Source: Anaeromyxobacter sp. (GTDB lineage Bacteria; Myxococcota; Myxococcia; Myxococcales; Anaeromyxobacteraceae). Taken from it: a stretch of 64,000 nucleotides of DNA. Each line of letters begins with the position of its first letter. The stretch's first letter is position 1. The position numbers were made by a program, and so were the translations under genes. Under the pieces are notes generated by a model, which saw nothing but the letters and a program-made list of their open reading frames with translations, searched no databases and had not been told where the DNA came from. The stretch is taken from contig JASGJN010000022.1 in NCBI GenBank assembly GCA_049840735.1, positions 544,001 to 608,000 of the forward strand, read 5' to 3'. This document shows, piece by piece, positions 23,232 through 31,854 of the stretch.

Positions 23232-24959
23232 ATGCCGAACCTGTTCGCGATGTCCTTCGAGGGCGAGCTCGCCCCGGCCTTCGATCTCCGCTGCCTGCAG
23301 CCCGGGCGCACGCTCCCGGACGGCTGGGGCATCGGCTACTACCCGGGGGGCGAGCCCTCCGCCACCGTGCTCAAGGAGCCGGCGCCCCCCAGCGCCTCCA
23401 TCCGCAGCCAGCTGGTGGAGGCCTGGGAGCACCTGGAGTCGTCGCTCTTCGTGCTGCACGTCCGGCGCGCCACCTGGGGCGCGGTGACCGACGCCAACAC
23501 CCAGCCCTTCCAGCGGGCCTGGGGGCGGCGCGACTGGCTCTTCGCGCACGCCGGCTCGCTGCGGATCCGGCCGGAGCTGGAGCGGCACGCCACCTTCGAG
23601 CCGGTGGGCTCCACCGACACCGAGCTCATCTTCTGCGAGCTGATGAACCGGGTGGCCGAGTGCGGCTGGCACTCGCTGGGCGAGGCCGACCTGGACACGC
23701 TGCGCGGCTGGCTGCGCAGCCTGAACGAGCTGGGCGCGCTCACCGCCGTCCTCTCCGACGGGCGCGACCTCTGCGTCTACGCCGACCGCGACGGCGAGGT
23801 CCCCATCTCCTGGTGGGAGGCGGTGCCGCCGTTCGGCGAGCTCACCTTCGCCGACGAGGACCTGGCGGTGGACCTGACCCGCCGCGGCGCCGTCGCGCGG
23901 CGCGGCGTGGTGGTGAGCACCTCGCGCACGGCGGTCACCGGCGACCAGCGGGGCGAGTGGCGCCAGCTGCCGCCGGGCCACCTGCTGGTGATCCGGCAGG
24001 GCACGGTCCGGGCCCACACGGCGCCGGCGCTGGGGTCGTCCCCCAGCCAGCCCTGGACCGCGAAGCGGGCCATGGTGCGGCCGGCCAAGGCCGAGGTGCG
24101 CCGCTTCGACGTGCGCCACCGGACCACCTACCGCTATGCCAAGCCGGTGGAGCGGTCGATGCACCTGTTCCGGCTCTGGCCCTTCCACGACCGGCTGCAG
24201 ACGGTCCTGCGCGAGGACGTGCAGGTCTCGGTGGAGGGCGTGGCGCGCGACCACGAGGACGTCTTCGGCAACCGGGTGCGCCGGCTGCTCATCGACTCGC
24301 CGTACACCGAGCTGGTGATCGAGGCCACCTCGCGGGTGGAGCTGCTCGACACCGACCCGCTCAGCTACCGGCCGCTGCGCGCGCGCACCAGCTTCCCGCT
24401 GGTCTTCATGCCCTGGCACCAGCAGCAGCTGCGCCCGTTCCTCTTGCCGCCGGAGCTGCCGGAGAGCCAGCTCACCGAGCTGGCCGCGTACGCCATGAGC
24501 TTCGTGACGCGGAACGACGGCGACCTGCTCGACACGCTGCTCGACCTGAACCACACCATCTTCCGCGACTACGCCTACGTGCCCGGCGCCACCACGCTGG
24601 GCACCTCCGCCTTCGACCTGTTCACCAGCCGGCGCGGCGTCTGCCAGGACTTCACCAACCTCTTCATCTGCCTGGCGCGCCTGCTGGGCGTGCCGGCGCG
24701 GTACGTCTGCGGCTACATCCACACCCGCCGCGCGGCCGACGCCCGCCAGGCCGACCAGTCCCACGCCTGGGTGCAGGTCTACCTGCCGGAGGTGGGCTGG
24801 AAGGGGTTCGACCCGACCAACGGCCTCTTGACCCAGACCGAGCACGTCCGCGTGGCGGTGGGGCGCAACTACCGCGACGCCACGCCGACCTCGGGCGTCA
24901 TCTACGTGGGCGGGGGCGGGGAGACGCTGGAGGTGGCGGTGGAGATGAAGGAGGTGTGA
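23232..24959 (+). CDS. Class II glutamine amidotransferase-like (NTN) domain fused to transglutaminase
   Basis: DGWGIG, HVRRAT, NTQPF, GSTDTE; C-terminal GVCQDF, SHAW, FDPTN. Confidence 0.88.
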   Translation: MPNLFAMSFEGELAPAFDLRCLQPGRTLPDGWGIGYYPGGEPSATVLKEPAPPSASIRSQLVEAWEHLESSLFVLHVRRATWGAVTDANTQPFQRAWGRRDWLFAHAGSLRIRPELERHATFEPVGSTDTELIFCELMNRVAECGWHSLGEADLDTLRGWLRSLNELGALTAVLSDGRDLCVYADRDGEVPISWWEAVPPFGELTFADEDLAVDLTRRGAVARRGVVVSTSRTAVTGDQRGEWRQLPPGHLLVIRQGTVRAHTAPALGSSPSQPWTAKRAMVRPAKAEVRRFDVRHRTTYRYAKPVERSMHLFRLWPFHDRLQTVLREDVQVSVEGVARDHEDVFGNRVRRLLIDSPYTELVIEATSRVELLDTDPLSYRPLRARTSFPLVFMPWHQQQLRPFLLPPELPESQLTELAAYAMSFVTRNDGDLLDTLLDLNHTIFRDYAYVPGATTLGTSAFDLFTSRRGVCQDFTNLFICLARLLGVPARYVCGYIHTRRAADARQADQSHAWVQVYLPEVGWKGFDPTNGLLTQTEHVRVAVGRNYRDATPTSGVIYVGGGGETLEVAVEMKEV

Positions 24960-25021
24960 GCTTCATCCCGGAGTCAGCCGATGGGCGCTGGCGCGCTGAA
25001 GGCCAGAACCCAGCGCCGTCC

Positions 25022-25175
25022 CCGTTCGTCCTGAGCGTAGCGCCCGCGCAGCGGGCGCGGAGTCGAAGGACAGGGGCCCTCGCTGGTCCTCTCGCGGTCC
25101 GCTCTCGTGGTTCGACTCCGGGCCGGCCGGACGGGCCGCCCGGTGCGAGCCCGGCCCTACGCTCACCACGAACGG
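25022..25175. repeat. Inverted pair of REP-family elements (REPIN/BIME-like)
   Basis: CCGTTCGTCCTGAGCGTAG...GGAGTCGAAGG (25022-25069) and TTCGACTCCGG...CTACGCTCACCACGAACGG (25111-25175). Confidence 0.85.
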
Positions 25176-25227
25176 AGGGTGAACCTGCGTGGCGCTCCTG
25201 ACGGGCTCCTGCGCCGGCCGGATCGCC

Positions 25228-28200
25228 CTACGCGCTCTTCTCCCGCCGCTTCGCCCCGCCCGCCGGGGTCCCGGCCGGCAGGAGCACCCGGCTCCGGCCG
25301 GCGCTGGTCCGCTCGACGGTGACCTTCACGCCGATGCGCTCGTGCAGCTCGGGGACGTGCGAGATGATCCCGATGGTGCGGCCGGTCTGGCGCAGCCCCT
25401 CCAGCGCGGCCATGGCCTGCTCGAGCGTGTCGCGATCCAGCGTTCCGAACCCCTCGTCGATGAGGAGCGTGCGGGCGTGGGTGGCGCGCGTGGAGAGCGA
25501 GGACAGGCCCAGCGCCAGGGCCAGCGCCACCAGGAAGCTCTCGCCGCCGGAGAGGCCGGCCACGCTCCGCACCTCGTCGCCCAGGTCGCCGTCGCGCACC
25601 TGCAGCTCCAGGTCGGTGCCCGGCACCCGCTGCAGCGTGTAGCGCGGGGAGAGCTGCGACAGGTGGTGGTTGGCGCCGCCCAGCAGCGCGTCGAAGGCCA
25701 GCCCCTGCGCGAAGACGCGGAGCTTCTTGCCGTCCGCCGAGCCGATCAGCTCGTCCAGCTGGCTCCAGCGCGAGGTGACGGCGCGCTTCGCCTCGATGCG
25801 CCCGGCCACCTCGGCCTGCGCGGCCCGGGCGTTCTCGTCCGCCTTGAGCCGCGCCTGCACCTCGCCCAGCGCGGCCCGGGCCGCCTCGAGCGCGGCGGCC
25901 GCCTCGGCCTCGCACGCCTCGGCGGCGGCCGCATCCAGCCGGGGCCGCCCGCGCCCTGCGTGCTCGTCCCCGGCGCGGCGGCGCTCGGCCAGCGTGGCCC
26001 TGGCCCCGTCGCGCGCGCGCTCCAGCTGCGCCAGCGCCGCCCGCTCGGCGGCGATCCAGCCCGCGCCGTGACCCAGCAGCGCGTCCAGCCGGGCGCGGTC
26101 CAGCCCGGCCTCCTCCAGCGCGCGCGTCAGCGCCGCCGCGGCCTCTCCCGCCGCCGCCTCCGCCCGGCCCAGCTCGCCCCGCGCCGCGGCCAGCTCGCCG
26201 TCGGCCTTCTGCAGCGCGCCCTCGGCCGCGCCCGACGCCGCGCGGGCCTCGGCCAGCGCCTGGCGCGCCTGCTCCTCGGCGCCCTGCAGCCGCTGCTCCA
26301 CCTCGTCGGCGGCCTGCCCCTCCAGCAGCGCGCCCCGGGCGGTGCGACAAGCGGCCAGCTCCGCCTGCGCCTGCGCCGCGTCCCGGGCGGCCGCCTCGAG
26401 CGCGGCGGCCTTCTCGCTCGCCGCCTCCTCGGCCGGGCCGCGCCGCGCCACGAGCGCCAGCAGCGCCTGCGCCGCAGCCGCCTGCTCCTGCTCCCGCGCC
26501 GCGTGCGCCGCCGCCCGCTGGGCGCAGTCGGCCGCGAAGGCCTCCGCCTGCAGGCGCGCCCGCTCGCGCCAGCCGCCGCCCAGCGCCGCGAGCGCCGGGG
26601 CCAGGTCGTCCTCCAGCCGGCCGCGCCGCTGCTCCAGGGCCTCGATGGCGGCCGCCTTCTGCCGCGCGGCCCCCTGCGCCTCCTCCGACTCCTTCTCCGC
26701 GGCCCGCGCCCGCTCGGCGTGCTGGTCGCGCGCCGCGCGCGCCAGCTCCAGCGCCTGCCGCGCCCGGTCGGCCAGGTCGCGCCGCGCCAGCGCCGCCCGC
26801 TGGGCCTCGCGCGCCGCCTGCTCCGCCGCGCCCTCCGCGGCCAGCAGCGAGGCCAGCGCGCTGGACGCGCCGGCCGCGTCGGGCGGCGCCTCGTCGAGCC
26901 CCGCGGTCGAATGCAGCCGGGCGTAAGCCTCGGCCGCCTCGCGCCGCGCGCGCTCGGCCAGCGCGCCGGCCTGGTCGGCCGCCGTTCCCTCCGCCTCGGC
27001 CTTGACCCGCTGCTGCGCCGCCTGCTCGCGCGCGCGCCGGGCCTCGGCCACCGCCGCTTCGGCCCGCTCCACCGCGGCGCGCTGGTCCTGCAGCAGCGCC
27101 GCGCCGGGCGCGCCGTGGGCGTACGGGTGCTCGGTGGCGCCGCAGAGCGGGCAGGGCTCGCCCTCGACCAGCGCCGCGCGCCGGTCCTCCAGCCCCAGCG
27201 CCGCCTCGATCCGCCGCAGCGCCTCGTGCGCCTCGGCCCGCCGTCCCTCCGCGGCCTGCTCCTCGGCGCCGGCGCGCGCCTCGAGCGCCGCGGCCCGCCC
27301 GGCCTGGCGCGCCGCCTCGGCCGCCAGCTTGGCCGCCGCGTCCCGCGAGGCCGTGGCCTGCTCCGCCTCGGCCGCCCGCGCGGCCAGCTTCTCCAGCCCC
27401 TGCCGCCGGACCGCGCCGGCCTCCACCGCAGCGCCCATCGCTGCCAGGTCGTCGCCCGCGGCGGCGGCCTGCGCCGCGCGCGCCCCGGCCTCCCGCGCCG
27501 CGAACGCCGCGCCCAGCGGCTCGGCCTCCGTCGCCAGGCTGGTCCAGCGCGCGGCGGCCTGCTCCGCCCTGGCCAGCAGCGCCACCCGCTCGGCGCCGGC
27601 GCGCGCCAGGTCCGCCAGCGCGCCGCGGTGCTCCGCCAGCAGCGCCTCCCAGCGCGCCCAGCCGCTCGCCAGCGGCCGCTCCGCGGCGTGGTCCGCCAGC
27701 CACTGCTCGGCGCCGCGCTGCGCCGCCCGCGCCGCCTTCGCCTCCCGCTCCAGCGCGCCCAGCGCCTGGCGCGCCGACTCCGCCGCCTCGCGCGCCGACT
27801 GCGCGGTCTTCGCGGTCTCGGCCGCGCGCCGCGCCGCCGCCCCGGCCAGCGCGTCCAGGCGGCGGGCCTCGGCCAGCGCCGGCCCGGCCGCCGCGCGCGC
27901 CGCGCGCGCCTGCTGCTCGCGCTGGGCGCCCTGCTGCGCCCGCTGCTGCGCCGCGAGGCCGGCCGTGGCCGCCGCCGTGCGGGCCACCTGCGCCGCCTCC
28001 GCGCGCCGCAGCGCCCCCTCGAGCGCCGCCGCGGCCGCCGCGTCGGCCTGATGGGCCGGGCGGAGCGCCTGCGCCCGCTCCACCGCCGCCAGCGCCTCGC
28101 GCCGCGGACCGGCGTCCGCCAGCGCCGCCTCCGCCGCGCCCACCTGCGCCTCGGCCTGCGCGCCGGCCTGGGCCAGCCGGGCCGCCTCCTGGTGCCAGCG

Positions 28201-28995
28201 CCTGGCGGCGCCCGCCTCGGCAGCGGTGGCCTCGGCCTGCGCCGCTTCCGCCCTGCGCAGGGCCGCCTCGCCCTCGGCCGCGGTCCGCTCCTCCGGCGAG
28301 AGCAGCCGGAACGCGCCGGCCTCGGCCTCGAGCCGCTGCAGCGCCTCGCGCGCCTCCTTGGCGCGCTCGAAGGCGGCGCGCGAGAGGCGGGCGTAGAGGT
28401 CCGTGCCGGTCACCCGCTCCAGGATCAGCGCCCGCTCGTCGGGCCTGGCGGAGAGGAAGGCGGTGAACTCGAACTGCGGCAGCACCACGGCGCGGCGGAA
28501 CTCCTGGAAGGAGTAGCCCAGCCGCTTCTCCACCTCGGCCTGCACCTGCGCCGCGCCGGCCGCCACCCCGTCGCCGGAGTCGAGGTCCCACAGCTGCATC
28601 ACCGCCTTCTGCAGCTTGCCGGTGGCCTTGCCGCGGGCGCGGTTGACGCTCCAGCGGGCGCGGTAGCGGCCGCCGTCCACGCCCTCGAACTCCACCTCGG
28701 CGAAGCCGTCGGCGGTGCCGCGCGAGAGGATGCCGCGCTGGTCGGCGGCGTCGATGCGCTGGTCCTCGTCCTCGTCCGGGCGGCCCACCTTCACACCGCG
28801 TGAGCGCTCGTCCAGCCGCGGGGTCTTGCCGAAGAGCGCCAGGCAGAGCGCGTCCACCAGCGTGCTCTTGCCGGCGCCGGTGGGGCCGGAGATGGAGAAC
28901 AGGCCGGTCTCGCCGATGGGGCCGTCGGCGAGCGGCAGCTCGAAGTGGCCGTAGAGGCTGGCCAGGTTCTTCCCGCGGATGGCCAGGATCCTCAC
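25228..28995 (-). CDS. sbcC: SbcC (Rad50-like ATPase subunit)
   Basis: GTG start; GPTGAGKST, coiled coil with CPLCG hook, LSGGESF, LLIDEGFGTLD. Confidence 0.95.
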   Translation of the reverse strand: MRILAIRGKNLASLYGHFELPLADGPIGETGLFSISGPTGAGKSTLVDALCLALFGKTPRLDERSRGVKVGRPDEDEDQRIDAADQRGILSRGTADGFAEVEFEGVDGGRYRARWSVNRARGKATGKLQKAVMQLWDLDSGDGVAAGAAQVQAEVEKRLGYSFQEFRRAVVLPQFEFTAFLSARPDERALILERVTGTDLYARLSRAAFERAKEAREALQRLEAEAGAFRLLSPEERTAAEGEAALRRAEAAQAEATAAEAGAARRWHQEAARLAQAGAQAEAQVGAAEAALADAGPRREALAAVERAQALRPAHQADAAAAAALEGALRRAEAAQVARTAAATAGLAAQQRAQQGAQREQQARAARAAAGPALAEARRLDALAGAAARRAAETAKTAQSAREAAESARQALGALEREAKAARAAQRGAEQWLADHAAERPLASGWARWEALLAEHRGALADLARAGAERVALLARAEQAAARWTSLATEAEPLGAAFAAREAGARAAQAAAAGDDLAAMGAAVEAGAVRRQGLEKLAARAAEAEQATASRDAAAKLAAEAARQAGRAAALEARAGAEEQAAEGRRAEAHEALRRIEAALGLEDRRAALVEGEPCPLCGATEHPYAHGAPGAALLQDQRAAVERAEAAVAEARRAREQAAQQRVKAEAEGTAADQAGALAERARREAAEAYARLHSTAGLDEAPPDAAGASSALASLLAAEGAAEQAAREAQRAALARRDLADRARQALELARAARDQHAERARAAEKESEEAQGAARQKAAAIEALEQRRGRLEDDLAPALAALGGGWRERARLQAEAFAADCAQRAAAHAAREQEQAAAAQALLALVARRGPAEEAASEKAAALEAAARDAAQAQAELAACRTARGALLEGQAADEVEQRLQGAEEQARQALAEARAASGAAEGALQKADGELAAARGELGRAEAAAGEAAAALTRALEEAGLDRARLDALLGHGAGWIAAERAALAQLERARDGARATLAERRRAGDEHAGRGRPRLDAAAAEACEAEAAAALEAARAALGEVQARLKADENARAAQAEVAGRIEAKRAVTSRWSQLDELIGSADGKKLRVFAQGLAFDALLGGANHHLSQLSPRYTLQRVPGTDLELQVRDGDLGDEVRSVAGLSGGESFLVALALALGLSSLSTRATHARTLLIDEGFGTLDRDTLEQAMAALEGLRQTGRTIGIISHVPELHERIGVKVTVERTSAGRSRVLLPAGTPAGGAKRREKSA

Positions 28996-30224
28996 GCCGC
29001 CCCCTCCACCTCTTCCAGCAGCCGCCGGAAGAGGCTCGCCAGCTCCGGCTCCGGCGCGCGGCCGAAGTCCTTCTCGTGCTTGCGGAGGAAGACCTCCTCC
29101 GGCGAGAGCTCGGCCAGCGCCCGGGCCTCGACGTCGCCCAGCGCGCGGCCGGTGCCGGGCGTCCCGGTCTTGAGCCGCGCCAGCCGCGCCGCCTTCCCCT
29201 CCAGCAGCTCCTCCAGCCGCTCGCGCAGCGCCGGCTCGGGCTGCTCCAGCGCCACACACACGTCGAGCAGCGGCCGGGGCCCGGCGCCGGGGCCGCGCGC
29301 CGGCAGCGCCTTGACCGCGGCGACCACCTCGCCGAGCGGCGCGGCGCCCTGCTCCGGGATGCGGAGGATGGGGACGGGCCGCGGCGCCTCCAGCGCGCGC
29401 CAGCCGGACAGCGCCTCCCCGTCCAGCTCCACGATCACCACCTGGTGCCGGTAGCGCCGCTCGTCGAGCGCCAGCGGCAGGAGCGAGCCGGAGTAGCGCA
29501 CGTGGTCCCGGCCGCCCACCGGCTGCGCCAGGTGCAGGTGGCCCAGCGCGGCGTAGGCCACGTCGTCCGGGAAGAGGTCGGCGCCCACCGCCGACTGGTT
29601 GCCCGACCAGAGCCGCCGCTCGGAGAGCTCGGAGACCTGCGCGCCGGTCAGGTAGAGGTGGCCCATGGCCAGGAGCGCCTGCCCTGGCGAGCGGCGGGAC
29701 CGCGCCTCGGCCAGCACGCCGTCGTAGAAGCGGCGGGTGGCGGCGGCGATCTCCTCCTCCGTGCCGGCGCCGGTCTCGCCGGCGCGCAGGAACGGGACCG
29801 CCGCCACCCAGGCGGCGACCTGGCCGGCGCGATCGCGCAGCGGCACCACCAGCCGCGAGAGGTCGGGCTCGCCGCCGGCGCGCGGCACGCCGCCCATCAC
29901 GTGCAGCCGCTCCAGGGCGGAGAGGAACGGCTCGGTGGCGTCGAGGCGGGAGGCCGAGTCGTGGTTGCCGCCCACGACCACGACCTGGAGCCACGGGAAG
30001 CGCCGCCAGGCTTCCACGAGGAAGCGGTGCCAGAGCGCCACCGCCTCGGTGGGCGGGTTGGCCGCGTCGAAGACGTCGCCGGCCAGGAGCAGCGCGTCCA
30101 CCCGCTCCTCCTCGATCCGGTCCAGCAGCCAGGCCAGGACGGCGGCGTGCTCAGGCGTGCGGTCGAAGCCGTAGAGCGCATGGCCCAGGTGCCAGTCGGA
30201 GGTGTGGAGGAGGCGGAGGGCCAT
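28992..30224 (-). CDS. sbcD: SbcD (Mre11-like nuclease subunit)
   Basis: LHTSDWHLG, AGDVFD, GNHD, ALGHLH; overlaps the sbcC start. Confidence 0.95.
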   Translation of the reverse strand: MALRLLHTSDWHLGHALYGFDRTPEHAAVLAWLLDRIEEERVDALLLAGDVFDAANPPTEAVALWHRFLVEAWRRFPWLQVVVVGGNHDSASRLDATEPFLSALERLHVMGGVPRAGGEPDLSRLVVPLRDRAGQVAAWVAAVPFLRAGETGAGTEEEIAAATRRFYDGVLAEARSRRSPGQALLAMGHLYLTGAQVSELSERRLWSGNQSAVGADLFPDDVAYAALGHLHLAQPVGGRDHVRYSGSLLPLALDERRYRHQVVIVELDGEALSGWRALEAPRPVPILRIPEQGAAPLGEVVAAVKALPARGPGAGPRPLLDVCVALEQPEPALRERLEELLEGKAARLARLKTGTPGTGRALGDVEARALAELSPEEVFLRKHEKDFGRAPEPELASLFRRLLEEVEGAA

Positions 30225-30323
30225 GGAAGGACGGCAGTCTACGCGCCGGTCGGACACTCGCCGGGCGGCCCGCGCGCGCTCCCGTCGTCGGCAGCAAGCT
30301 CTTGAAGATCCAAAGCAAATGAG

Positions 30324-30360
30324 CGTGCCCGGCACGCTGGAACCGGACGTGCCCGGCACG
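30324..30360. promoter_or_regulatory. Tandem palindromes, candidate operators
   Basis: CGTGCCCGGCACG at 30324-30336 and 30348-30360. Confidence 0.35.
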
Positions 30361-30666
30361 CGGTCCCCCGCGGCCCCGCGGCACGCGGTCTCCGGAAGCC
30401 TGGGCAGGGCCGGCCAGGGCCGCCGCCAGGGCGGGCGGTCTCCCCGCAGAGGTCCCTGCGAAACCGGAGTTGCCCCTCCCGGGGCCAGTCACGGACGGTG
30501 ACGTCACGTCTCCGTTGCCGGGGGAGGTCTGCGCGTCACGGGTGGGCCCCCGACGATCAAACGCCGCACGGGAATTGCGGGCACGGCACCGGGTTCGGTG
30601 CTAATCACGCCCCTTCCCGTTCGCGCGCAAACGTTGTCGACACGTACTCAGCAGGGTCTCCCGCAC

Positions 30667-31833
30667 ATGAAGACCAAGTCCAAGATCCGGTTGCTCGTCG
30701 CCGTGGGCCTCCTCGTGGTGGTCCTCTTCCTGGTTGGCACCAAGGCCCTGCAGATTGGCTCGATGATCAAGGCAGGCGAGTCCTTCGTCATCCCTCCCGA
30801 GGCGGTCTCGTCCTCCCCGGTCACCGCCGAGCGCTGGGCAGGCACCCGCTCGGCCATCGGGTCGCTCACGGCGGTGCGCGGCGTGACGCTGGGCTCCGAG
30901 GTGGCCGGCATCGTGAAGGACATCTCCTTCGAGTCCGGCTCGGCCGTGCACAAGGGGGCGGTGCTGGTGCGGCTGGACAGCTCGGCCGAGGAGGCGCAGC
31001 TGGACGCGGCCCGGGCCGACGCGACGCTGGCCAAGGTGAACCTCGACCGCGCGAAGCAGCTGCGCGAGGCCAACACCAACTCCCAGGCCGACCTCGACGC
31101 CGCCGAGGCGCGCGCCAAGGCGGCCGCGGCGCAGGTGGCGCAGCTCGAGGCCATGATCGCGAAGAAGGTCATCCGCGCGCCCTTCGACGGGAAGATCTCC
31201 ATCCGGCAGGTGGAGCTGGGCCAGGTGCTCTCCTCCGGCACCCCGGTGGCCTCGCTGCTCTCGGTTTCGCCCATCTACGCGGACTTCTGGCTCCCGCAGC
31301 AGGCGCTGGCCGACCTGAAGGCCGGCCAGAAGGTGCGCCTCCGGACGGACGCCTACCCCGACGCGAACTGGGACGGCGAGGTGTCCACGGTGAACCCGGA
31401 GGTCAACGCCCAGACGCGCAACGTGCTGGTGCGCGCCACCATCCCCAACGCCGACGGCCGCCTGCGGCCGGGCATGTACGCCAACGTCGAGATTGTCTCC
31501 AGCACCATCCGCGACGTGATGGTGGTCCCGGCCACCTCGGTCCTCTACGCGCCCTTCGGCGACTCGGTCTTCACCATCGAGACCAAGCAGGAGGAGGCCA
31601 AGAACGTCCCCGGGCAGCCGCCCGAGCCGCCCAAGGGGGCGCTGGTGGCGCGCCAGGTGTTCGTGCGCCTGGGCGAGCGGCGCGGCGACTTCGTCGAGGT
31701 CCTGAGCGGCGTGAAGCCCGGCCAGAAGGTGGTGAGCGCCGGCGCCTTCAAGCTCAAGAACGGCGTGGCGGTGGCGGTCAACGACACGGCCCCCCTGAAG
31801 CCCTCGCTCACGCCCGCCGCGTCCGACCAGTAA
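30667..31833 (+). CDS. RND efflux periplasmic adaptor subunit
   Basis: N-terminal anchor; IRAPFDGKI, LRPGMYANV. Confidence 0.93.
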   Translation: MKTKSKIRLLVAVGLLVVVLFLVGTKALQIGSMIKAGESFVIPPEAVSSSPVTAERWAGTRSAIGSLTAVRGVTLGSEVAGIVKDISFESGSAVHKGAVLVRLDSSAEEAQLDAARADATLAKVNLDRAKQLREANTNSQADLDAAEARAKAAAAQVAQLEAMIAKKVIRAPFDGKISIRQVELGQVLSSGTPVASLLSVSPIYADFWLPQQALADLKAGQKVRLRTDAYPDANWDGEVSTVNPEVNAQTRNVLVRATIPNADGRLRPGMYANVEIVSSTIRDVMVVPATSVLYAPFGDSVFTIETKQEEAKNVPGQPPEPPKGALVARQVFVRLGERRGDFVEVLSGVKPGQKVVSAGAFKLKNGVAVAVNDTAPLKPSLTPAASDQ

Positions 31834-31854
31834 GCCGAGCGGAGCCAAAAGACC

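Noticed and set aside
25700..28350. Ala/Arg/Glu-rich quasi-repeats
   Set aside because: Ordinary SbcC coiled coil
30314..30330. Sigma-54 promoter for sbcD (GGGCACGCTCATTTGCT, minus strand)
   Set aside because: GG-to-GC spacing is 11, not the required 10
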